Shown here: one piece after another, positions 56,270 through 62,344 of the stretch | How positions within the stretch are numbered: the first letter of the stretch is position 1 | Layout: each line of letters opens with the position of its first letter | NCBI GenBank assembly: GCA_964347025.1 | Contig: CAYFWU010000003.1 | Span: 8,834 to 71,851, forward strand | Direction: 5' to 3' | Source: an uncultured archaeon | GTDB taxonomy: Archaea > Aenigmatarchaeota > Aenigmatarchaeia > QMZP01 > QMZT01 | Length of the DNA stretch: 63,018 nucleotides | Translations under genes and position numbers: made by a program | Notes under the pieces: generated by a model | Databases searched by the model: none | What the model saw: only the letters and a program-made list of their open reading frames with translations | Told to the model about the DNA's origin: nothing

Positions 56270-56289
56270 AGAAAACTGGACCCGCACCC

Positions 56290-56296
56290 TTTATAA
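56290..56296 (-). promoter_or_regulatory. TATA box (TTATAAA on the minus strand) for the giant gene
   Basis: Its centre lies ~26 nt upstream of the ATG at 56269, the archaeal TATA-to-TSS spacing. This implies a leaderless mRNA. Confidence 0.5.
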
Positions 56297-56303
56297 CAAG
56301 TCA

Positions 56304-56319
56304 TGTACATTAATGTACA
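56304..56319. promoter_or_regulatory. Perfect 16-bp palindrome TGTACATTAATGTACA just upstream of the giant gene's TATA box
   Basis: Reverse complement checked base by base and found identical. Sits 7 nt from the TATA box on the BRE side, so it is a candidate operator for a dimeric HTH protein. Confidence 0.55.
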
Positions 56320-56383
56320 ACACAATTAGTATACATAACTGTCGAAGTATATATAGCGTAATTTGTTAACGGTTATAGAAAGA

Positions 56384-56390
56384 TTTAAAT
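56384..56390 (+). promoter_or_regulatory. TATA box (TTTAAAT) for the divergent wHTH gene
   Basis: Its centre lies 26 nt upstream of the ATG at 56413 (leaderless geometry). The same TTTAAAT(A) core occurs upstream of the tRNA and in the duplicated promoter cassettes. Confidence 0.5.
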
Positions 56391-56404
56391 TGTCGATCGA
56401 CAAT
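56389..56404. promoter_or_regulatory. Perfect 16-bp palindrome ATTGTCGATCGACAAT between the TATA box and the start of the wHTH gene
   Basis: Reverse complement checked and found identical. It overlaps the 3' edge of the TATA box and the predicted TSS, the classic position for an archaeal (auto)repressor operator. Confidence 0.55.
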
Positions 56405-56412
56405 ATAATGAT

Positions 56413-56865
56413 ATGTTCAGATTCCTCAGGGACCGGAAAGTCGGAAAGGGGAAGAAAGATTATTTTCACGAACTCAGCATAATCGCCAGGGAGGAACGCG
56501 AAAAAATTCTTAGAGAGAGAATAAGGGAAATCGTTTCAGAGGAATTGAAAAACTCTGGAATTAACAAACGAATTGACGACATTTCTAAGTATTCGAGATC
56601 TATTGACAAAAAGCTCGAAGAACTGAAAAATTCGCTCGTCCCATTGAGTCGGTCGAAATCCGACACTATAAGAAAAATTAAGATGAAGCGGATGATAATA
56701 GAACTTCTCACAAAGCACAAGCGGTTGACCTCATCCGAGCTCAGCAATTACCTTAATCTTTCCCGTACGAGGTGCAGCGAATACCTGACGGAATTGGAAA
56801 GGGAAATGGTTGCCAAAGGTGTTGTGATCTCCAGACAGAAGTTTTACGAGCTTACAAACCAGTGA
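56413..56865 (+). CDS. Small transcription-regulator-like protein: N-terminal coiled coil plus C-terminal wHTH (150 aa)
   Basis: ATG start. The C-terminal KRMIIELLTKHKRLTSSELSNYLNLSRTRCSEYLTELEREMVAKGVVISRQKFYEL is wHTH-like. Divergent from the giant gene. Confidence 0.75.
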   Translation: MFRFLRDRKVGKGKKDYFHELSIIAREEREKILRERIREIVSEELKNSGINKRIDDISKYSRSIDKKLEELKNSLVPLSRSKSDTIRKIKMKRMIIELLTKHKRLTSSELSNYLNLSRTRCSEYLTELEREMVAKGVVISRQKFYELTNQ

Positions 56866-56870
56866 TATTC

Positions 56871-57305
56871 ATGAAAGAAGCGGGTTTACTGATAATTTTT
56901 GCCCTCATATTAGTTACCTTCTTGGTCTACGGGAATTTACAGGAGCCAATTGAACCCCCAGAAAACAGAACCCCCTCCCTAACTCTGAATCTTTCTAGCG
57001 ATAAGGAGGTATACCACTCCTCTGAGGAGATGGAGCTGGAAACAACAATCGAGACCCCAACAAAGATAGAAAACCTTACAGTAAAGGTTTACGGGATAAA
57101 GGATCGTGCAGGGAGATTCAGGGTAAATGGAGAGAGAATCGTGAATGTTGATCCTCCTGGAACGAATGAAATATTCAAATTCAGGATGCCAAGCTGTTAC
57201 GGATGCGCTGGCGTGTCTCCGGGAGAATACGAAATAAGGTTCGAAGTTCTGAAAGACGGGGAGATTATAGGCAACTTCTCTAAGATGATCACGCTGGAAG
57301 CATAG
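56871..57305 (+). CDS. Small N-terminally anchored/secreted beta-sandwich-like protein (144 aa)
   Basis: Within ORF 56772-57305. The ATG at 56871 lies 5 nt after the upstream TGA and begins a hydrophobic segment (MKEAGLLIIFALILVTFLVY). The remainder is beta-rich and contains a CYGC motif. Confidence 0.6.
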   Translation: MKEAGLLIIFALILVTFLVYGNLQEPIEPPENRTPSLTLNLSSDKEVYHSSEEMELETTIETPTKIENLTVKVYGIKDRAGRFRVNGERIVNVDPPGTNEIFKFRMPSCYGCAGVSPGEYEIRFEVLKDGEIIGNFSKMITLEA

Positions 57306-57378
57306 CTTTTTATATACACAGGATAATATGTATGAATAAGTATGATAAAGTAATACCTTTATCTGAGAGGTGGTGATT

Positions 57379-58479
57379 ATGAAGATAACGATTTCCGTCA
57401 TAAAAGCGGACATAGGAAGTGTTGGGGGACACATAAAGCCAAGCGAACGCTTGCTCGAAACGGTCAAGGATTATATTGAGGAATATGGAAAAAAACTTCT
57501 TAAGGATTTTTACATCAGCTATACTGGAGACGACATAGCGATTCTAATGACGCATGCCCTTGGGAAGAATAACGAGAAGATCCATAAACTAGCGTGGGAT
57601 GCGTTCAAGGCAGGAACAGAGGTAGCGAAAGGCCAGGGTCTATACGGAGCAGGTCAGGATTTACTCAAGGACTCGTTTTCCGGGAACGTAAAGGGGATGG
57701 GCCCTGCTGTTGCTGAGCTCGAGTTTGAGGAGCGACCCAACGAGCCGTTCCTGTTATTTGCAGCGGACAAGACAGAGCCAGGGGCGTACAACCTTCCCTT
57801 GTATCTCGCATTTTCCGATCCCATGTACTGCGCTGGTTTGCTCTTGAGCGCAGGAATGACGAAGGGATTCAAATTCACCATAATGGACGTTGAGAACACC
57901 AAGGGCGATAAAATAATTGAACTGAATGCACCTGAAAATCTTTATCACATTGCAGCCCTGTTGAGGGACAACAACAGGTTTGTGGTGGAATCAATCCATT
58001 CAAGAGACACCAGAGAGCAGGCTGTTGCCGTCAGCACTACGAGACTCCACAACATCGCAGGTAAGTATACGGGCAAGGACGATCCGGTCATGCTAGTCCG
58101 CGTACAGAAGGATTTCCCTGCAACCGGCGAAATACTAGCTCCATTCACAATTGGACATTTAGTGAGCGGATTCATGAGAGGATCGCATACAGGGCCGTTA
58201 ATGCCTGTTAAGCTTAATTCCACGATCTCGTACTTCGACGGACCTCCTGTCGTGAGCTGCGCCGCATTCTGCGTACATAACGGTAAGCTGACAGAACCGG
58301 CAGATGCATTCGATCACCAATACTGGGATTTCATCAGGGGCAACATCTCGCGAAAGGCCTACGACATCCGCAGACAGGGATTCTCGGGTCCGGCAATGCT
58401 TCCGTACAAAGAACTGGAGTACGGAGGGATCGTGGAGATACTGAATAGACTGGAAAAGAAGTTCAAGGTCAGGAAGTAG
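57379..58479 (+). CDS. fbp: Fructose-1,6-bisphosphate aldolase/phosphatase (archaeal class V FBPase)
   Basis: Hallmark segments recognised: MKITISVIKADIGS, GQDLLKDSFSGNVKGMGPAVAELEFEER, ADKTEPGAYNLPLY, GKYTGKDDPVMLVRVQ, MRGSHTGPLMPV, YFDGPP. The ATG at 57379 is preceded by GAGGTGGTGA; the ORF-track start at 57370 is GTG. Confidence 0.95.
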   Translation: MKITISVIKADIGSVGGHIKPSERLLETVKDYIEEYGKKLLKDFYISYTGDDIAILMTHALGKNNEKIHKLAWDAFKAGTEVAKGQGLYGAGQDLLKDSFSGNVKGMGPAVAELEFEERPNEPFLLFAADKTEPGAYNLPLYLAFSDPMYCAGLLLSAGMTKGFKFTIMDVENTKGDKIIELNAPENLYHIAALLRDNNRFVVESIHSRDTREQAVAVSTTRLHNIAGKYTGKDDPVMLVRVQKDFPATGEILAPFTIGHLVSGFMRGSHTGPLMPVKLNSTISYFDGPPVVSCAAFCVHNGKLTEPADAFDHQYWDFIRGNISRKAYDIRRQGFSGPAMLPYKELEYGGIVEILNRLEKKFKVRK

Positions 58480-58489
58480 GAACAACGCC

Positions 58490-58496
58490 TTTATAT
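58490..58496 (+). promoter_or_regulatory. TATA box (TTTATAT) for the 148-aa gene
   Basis: Its centre lies ~25-26 nt upstream of the ATG at 58518 (leaderless geometry). Confidence 0.4.
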
Positions 58497-58517
58497 GACC
58501 TAGACTATAATATAAAG

Positions 58518-58964
58518 ATGGGAGATAATTCTATTTATCCTCCCGTTCCCTCTCTAGGAGACGATTTCTTATCAAGACCTGGAAATTTCAATCCAGCCAA
58601 AAGAACTTATACTATTTCTTATAATGGCACTAAAATGAAAATAATCCTCGAAAGAGAAAATGGTCAATACAGAGGAATATATTCTGAAATAGAAATAGAA
58701 GATGGGACCATATATGTAGGTAATTTCACTCCAGAAAATAAACAACTTGGTATAAGCGGGTTTATGATACATCTTGATGGACGTAATGGAATCAGCATAT
58801 CTAATCCTTTTCGAGAGGATGCAGAGAAAATGAGGGGTTACGTAGAGAATGTTTCATCAAATGGTTTCAAGGACAGCATACGAGAACTTGCTGAAAACCC
58901 CAGATCTAGGATACGTAAAAAACTCTCTCCCGAATTAGCACTCTTTCTAGGTCTGGATTTGTAA
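58518..58964 (+). CDS. Hypothetical protein (148 aa)
   Basis: ATG-initiated ORF with a suitably placed TATA box. No family recognised. Confidence 0.55.
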   Translation: MGDNSIYPPVPSLGDDFLSRPGNFNPAKRTYTISYNGTKMKIILERENGQYRGIYSEIEIEDGTIYVGNFTPENKQLGISGFMIHLDGRNGISISNPFREDAEKMRGYVENVSSNGFKDSIRELAENPRSRIRKKLSPELALFLGLDL

Positions 58965-58975
58965 AGGAAATTAAA

Positions 58976-59461
58976 CTATTTAAGCATCCCAACTTCTTTC
59001 TTTAATTTTTTGTATGTCTTTTCGATAGTTTCAGACAAGACCTTGGTTTCTGCAGTGATCTCCATAAAACCGAAATCCGTCCGAAACCTCGGGACTATGT
59101 GTACATGGAGATGTCTCACAGAAGCGCCTGACACGTCTCCGATGTTCATGCCCACATTGAACCCTCTCGGCTTCAGAACTTTTCTCAGAAGTTTGATAGA
59201 TTTCTTGACCATTGTAAACAGCGAAGATATCTCTTTGTCTGTTAGATCCTCTAAATTTTCTACATGCCTCACAGGCAGAACCTGTAGATGTCCGATGTTG
59301 TATGGGTAAACATTCATTAACACGATCACCTCTTTGTCTTTGTAAAGGACCTTCTTCGGAATTTTAGGATCGTTCTTTAATATCTTACAAAACAGACAAC
59401 CGCTTGTCTTCTTCCCGACCCAGTTGCTCCTTGACGGCGAAAATAAATGATGCTTATGCAT
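58976..59461 (-). CDS. HIT-family (histidine triad) nucleotide hydrolase/transferase
   Basis: Histidine triad VRHLHVHIVPR plus an N-terminal CLFC motif, 161 aa. Starts 4 nt after the tpiA stop on the same strand. Confidence 0.85.
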   Translation of the reverse strand: MHKHHLFSPSRSNWVGKKTSGCLFCKILKNDPKIPKKVLYKDKEVIVLMNVYPYNIGHLQVLPVRHVENLEDLTDKEISSLFTMVKKSIKLLRKVLKPRGFNVGMNIGDVSGASVRHLHVHIVPRFRTDFGFMEITAETKVLSETIEKTYKKLKKEVGMLK

Positions 59462-59465
59462 GTCA

Positions 59466-60125
59466 TCACTTCAGGCCTTCAATCAAATCTCTTATCGCTT
59501 CCGCTGGTTGCTCGGATTTCACCACACCGGATGCGACGAGTATCCCTTCCACTCCCAGTTCCTTTGCTCTCTTAACATCCTCTTTATTTTTAATCCCAGC
59601 CCCGCAGAGGACAGGTATTCCGAAGGGCCTTACCTTTTCGATTGATTCTGTTATAATTTCTGGTTTCGCTTTTGAGACCGAGATATCCCCACCTATCAGC
59701 TCAGGTGGTTCTATCGCTATGTAATCAGGTCCGAATTCAGCTATCCTTTTCGCTGTTTCCGGTGTGTCAGCACAGGCAACAGTTACCAATCCGAGTTCCC
59801 TGCACCTCTTTATTGATCTATCAAGGATTTCGAAATCCATCCGCCTTTCCGAATGATTGAGAAGCGTTCCTTTCGCACCGGCTGATTTCAAAGATTCAGG
59901 CAGGATCCATCCGGTGTGCGCCCCATAGGCTATCGGATCAGCATGCTGGGAGAACAATCGAATTCCAACGTTATCAGCGATAACTTTTATGTCCGCAGGC
60001 TGTACGGCAAGGACGATTTCAACATCGTCGCCGTCGAGGGAATCTGCTATTTCTGCAAGCTTCGATCCCCTATTACCTGTGCCCTCTTCATACGTTTTTA
60101 GGTTTATAATAAATATTTTTTTCAT
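59466..60125 (-). CDS. tpiA: Triosephosphate isomerase, short archaeal type
   Basis: MKKIFIINLKTYEE..., LLNHSERR (catalytic His region), AIEPPELIGG (catalytic Glu), GAGI...VASGV. The ATG at 60125 (cat at 60123-60125 verified) lies within ORF 59466-60182. Confidence 0.9.
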   Translation of the reverse strand: MKKIFIINLKTYEEGTGNRGSKLAEIADSLDGDDVEIVLAVQPADIKVIADNVGIRLFSQHADPIAYGAHTGWILPESLKSAGAKGTLLNHSERRMDFEILDRSIKRCRELGLVTVACADTPETAKRIAEFGPDYIAIEPPELIGGDISVSKAKPEIITESIEKVRPFGIPVLCGAGIKNKEDVKRAKELGVEGILVASGVVKSEQPAEAIRDLIEGLK

Positions 60126-60191
60126 TCGATCCCCTCGGTATACTTTTAAGGTTACGCTAAGATATATAAATTTTAAATACAAGAATATTGC

Positions 60192-61541
60192 ATGAAAAAA
60201 TTTTTGTTAATACTGATCGTATTGCTTTTGATTCCGATTAACGCGGGAGCCGTGGTTATCACGGCAGACCCGATCAGTGGAACGACAGTGGTGGAAAAAA
60301 CAGTCAACTATCAAATAACAGTTACCAACGAGAGGGGCGACCCTGACAAATTCATACTTACTGTTTTTGGTGAACATCTGGAATGGGCCAGCCTTCAGAG
60401 CTATTATTTCCAGCTTGAGCCCCATAAGTCAAAAAAGATAGGACTTAATTTTTATCCGCTTGAGGAGGGGAAGTACGAATACAGGGTACAGGTAAGGTCA
60501 ATCTCATCGGAAGGAGTGGTGATGGACATCCATGATACCGTAACTTTGGACCTCACGGTTTACCCGTTGATAGATCCTGATATCACAAGTTTCTCAGCGG
60601 ACGTGATTGGAGATGAACTCAAAATGAATTTGGGACTGACAGCTAAGAAAGTCAATGAAGTGGAAATAAATTTCGTAATAACGGATGACGGCAACAACAA
60701 GGTGAAGTTCTTGTCTGTGACAAGGCAGATGAAAGGTGAAGGAGAGGTTTCAGAAACCATCTCCCTCGAAGACCTGAATTCAGGATATTACTCAGTTGAG
60801 GTCACACTGGGTGGTTCTGGTGCGAGCAGGATAGCAACCTTTTACGTATCCCCTGTACACAACATCGTCACCTCCAAAAAGACGGTGTCGAATCCTTTGA
60901 CGAAAGAAGTGACAATAACCATAAGCAATCAGGGAAACACCATTGATGATTACAGCGTGGAAGAAAATCTGCCTGCGAATCAGTATGTAACCCTTGTAGA
61001 TGACCCGAGTACGCAGTATCTTCAAGAGAATGACGTTGTTTTCCAGTGGCAGTTAACAGGCCTTCAGGTGGGTGAAACAGTTGAAGTGAAATATTTTGTT
61101 GACTACTGGAAGCACGGGGCAGGATGGGCTGTCGTGGTATTCGCTATAATCGGTCTTCTCGGTCTTGGTGTTGTAAAGACAAGAACACCCAGCATAAGAA
61201 AGAGATACATGAGAAAGAGGGACGGGCACGTTGTTGTCTTGGATGTTAGGGGTTCGCTAACGAAGGAACTGAGAAACGTTCTTGTTAAGGACAGTGTTTC
61301 TCCTCTGGGAAGGGTCCTGCATGAGTTTGAAGGTCCTAAGCCTGTAGTTAGGGAGAGCGAGGCAGGGACAGAATTGATCTGGAGGCTGGGAGACATAAAG
61401 CCGAGGAGCGAGATATACCTGACGTATAAGATACGTCCTCTGATAGAGGCACAGCTTAAAATGCCAAGAGCATACCTAACGTACAGAACCGATGACGAAA
61501 AAAAGATCAATGTTTACTCAAAGCAGTTGTTGATGGAATAA
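60192..61541 (+). CDS. Membrane protein (449 aa): signal peptide, CARDB/NEW3-like beta-sandwich domains, a TM helix, and a further beta-rich domain
   Basis: MKKFLLILIVLLLIPINAGA signal-like N-terminus. Beta-sandwich-like segments (TVNYQITVTNERGDPDKFILTV..., EVTITISNQGNTIDDYSVEENLP...). TM AGWAVVVFAIIGLLGLGVV followed by KTRTPSIRKRYMRKR. Confidence 0.8.
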   Translation: MKKFLLILIVLLLIPINAGAVVITADPISGTTVVEKTVNYQITVTNERGDPDKFILTVFGEHLEWASLQSYYFQLEPHKSKKIGLNFYPLEEGKYEYRVQVRSISSEGVVMDIHDTVTLDLTVYPLIDPDITSFSADVIGDELKMNLGLTAKKVNEVEINFVITDDGNNKVKFLSVTRQMKGEGEVSETISLEDLNSGYYSVEVTLGGSGASRIATFYVSPVHNIVTSKKTVSNPLTKEVTITISNQGNTIDDYSVEENLPANQYVTLVDDPSTQYLQENDVVFQWQLTGLQVGETVEVKYFVDYWKHGAGWAVVVFAIIGLLGLGVVKTRTPSIRKRYMRKRDGHVVVLDVRGSLTKELRNVLVKDSVSPLGRVLHEFEGPKPVVRESEAGTELIWRLGDIKPRSEIYLTYKIRPLIEAQLKMPRAYLTYRTDDEKKINVYSKQLLME

Positions 61542-61565
61542 ACCGCTTTTTTCTTAAACAATAAA

Positions 61566-61573
61566 TTTAAATA
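61566..61573 (+). promoter_or_regulatory. TATA box (TTTAAATA) for tRNA-Tyr
   Basis: Its centre lies ~27 nt upstream of the tRNA 5' end at 61597. Confidence 0.55.
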
Positions 61574-61634
61574 TTCCCAACTAATAATAGACAAATCCCG
61601 GGGTAGCTCAATCTGGTAGAGCGATCGGCTGTAG

Positions 61635-61701
61635 GATTTCACACGGTGATTGACACCGTTTGGTTTGATGAGTGTGTTATTCCACTTGCAGTTGTTCGGA
61701 A
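61635..61701 (+). other. tRNA intron 1 (67 nt) at the canonical 37/38 position
   Basis: Removing it restores the 7-nt anticodon loop CTGTAGA and the 5-bp stem ATCGG/CCGAT. I could not draw a strict bulge-helix-bulge. Confidence 0.7.
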
Positions 61702-61723
61702 ACCGATAGGTTGTGAGTTCAAA

Positions 61724-61790
61724 CACCACTCTTTCCGAGAGCTTCCGCGTCTTCAAAGAGCGGTGGACCAGAAAGGTCCGGTGGGACAAA
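61724..61790 (+). other. tRNA intron 2 (67 nt) at a non-canonical position in the T-loop (about 59/60; the junction can slide within the repeated CAAA)
   Basis: Removing it restores T-loop TTCAAAT and T-stem GTGAG/CTCAC. The intron contains the hairpin GGACC-AGAAA-GGTCC. Confidence 0.65.
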
Positions 61791-61804
61791 TCTCACTCCC
61801 GGGA

Positions 61805-61820
61805 TTTATTTCTTTTGTTG
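61805..61820 (+). terminator. Oligo-T tract after the tRNA (TTTATTTCTTTTGTTG)
   Basis: T-rich run immediately 3' of the discriminator base, typical of archaeal termination signals. Confidence 0.4.
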
Positions 61821-61856
61821 CTCAGAATATTTATTACAGCGAAAATATACTAATTA

Positions 61857-62093
61857 ATGATGTTTTCCGGTCTCACGGTACTGATCGTGATATGCGCATT
61901 CCTGATACCTGAGGGAATTGTCTTGGGGGGGAGAAGATTTCTGCATTCCATATACGAGGCGATGTTGAGGGAAAACGAATTTATACTTTACGAAAACAAA
62001 ATCTACAAAAGCTTCAAGATGTTCGGCCACCCTTACGTGATCTTCCCCATAACCATGAGCGTTTCCTTTTTCATGTACGTTTTCCAGTTCTAG
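61857..62093 (+). CDS. Hypothetical small membrane protein (78 aa)
   Basis: ATG start with ATATTTATTA centred ~26 nt upstream. Hydrophobic segments at both ends. Confidence 0.4.
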   Translation: MMFSGLTVLIVICAFLIPEGIVLGGRRFLHSIYEAMLRENEFILYENKIYKSFKMFGHPYVIFPITMSVSFFMYVFQF

Positions 62094-62104
62094 AGTTTCG
62101 TAAA

Positions 62105-62147
62105 CTCCGTTTTTTCCTGTACAAAAGGTTTAAATATGCGCGCGTAC
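62105..62147 (+). promoter_or_regulatory. Promoter cassette copy 1 (CTCCGTTTTTTCCTGTACAAAAGGTTTAAATATG..GCGCGTA)
   Basis: Near-identical to 62345-62388 (3 mismatches over the first 34 nt, offset 240). TTTAAATA at 62129-62136 is centred ~27 nt upstream of the ATG at 62160. TGTACA hexamer at 62118-62123. Confidence 0.6.
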
Positions 62148-62159
62148 GTGTGATATCTT

Positions 62160-62339
62160 ATGGGGTTCGGTAATAAACTATTCCCTGAAGATGAAACCAA
62201 AATGGATAAATGTGACAGATGCGGAGAATTAAATAAATTATTAAAACCGACAGAAAAGGGATGGCTGTGCAGGAAATGCATTAGCCAGGAGAAGATCGCA
62301 TTTCAGGACCAATCTGAAGATTATTTTTGGGAAGACTGA
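62160..62339 (+). CDS. Small zinc-ribbon-like protein (59 aa)
   Basis: Found by manual translation (below the ORF-track length cutoff): MGFGNKLFPEDETKMDKCDRCGELNKLLKPTEKGWLCRKCISQEKIAFQDQSEDYFWED, with CxxC...CxxC. Leaderless spacing to the cassette TATA box. Confidence 0.5.
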   Translation: MGFGNKLFPEDETKMDKCDRCGELNKLLKPTEKGWLCRKCISQEKIAFQDQSEDYFWED

Positions 62340-62344
62340 AAACC

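Larger units (their letters stand above)
61597..61804 (+). tRNA. tRNA-Tyr: tRNA-Tyr (anticodon GTA) interrupted by two introns; mature length 74 nt, no encoded CCA
   Basis: Folded by hand. Acceptor CCCGGGG/TCCCGGG (C1-G72, G7-U66, A73). D arm GCTC-AATCTGGTA-GAGC. Anticodon arm ATCGG-CTGTAG[intron]A-CCGAT. Variable loop AGGTT. T arm GTGAG-TTCAAA[intron]T-CTCAC. C1-G72 is the archaeal/eukaryal Tyr identity pair. Confidence 0.85.

Noticed and set aside
13247-56090. Dozens of ORFs of 60-301 aa from the supplied track inside the giant gene. Most are on the plus strand (for example 18332-19237, 36902-37687, 34664-35308, 55491-55892); a few are out-of-frame on the minus strand (for example 20860-21060, 54321-54719).
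   Set aside because: They lie entirely within, and mostly antisense to, a 14,525-codon ORF with clear protein motifs. Their translations are low-complexity (R/V/I/C/S/F-rich) mirror images of N/T/Y/D-rich coding sequence. The codon bias of the sense strand depletes stops in the other frames.
12710-56287. The giant ORF as an assembly chimera or an array of collapsed paralogs.
   Set aside because: A stop-free frame over 43.6 kb is essentially impossible by chance. Most repeats are too diverged to confuse an assembler, and the unique ends form a coherent topology (wHTH-TM ... TM-ATPase). Copy number around the near-identical 32-40 kb segments still needs long-read confirmation.
56269-56287. GTG at 56287 (ORF-track start) as the true start of the giant gene; similarly TTG at 3178 and GTG at 57370 for their genes.
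   Set aside because: ATG codons a few codons downstream have better context: TATA spacing for 56269, and SD-like GGTGG / GAGGTGGTGA for 3166 and 57379. The difference is at most 6 codons and remains unproven.
61635-61701. A C/D-box sRNA embedded in tRNA intron 1 (TGATGA at ~61666-61671).
   Set aside because: I could find no matching D box (CTGA) or C'/D' pair in the intron.
61514-61912. ORFs 61514-61789(-) and 61646-61912(+).
   Set aside because: Both overlap the hand-folded intron-containing tRNA-Tyr and are explained by the tRNA introns.
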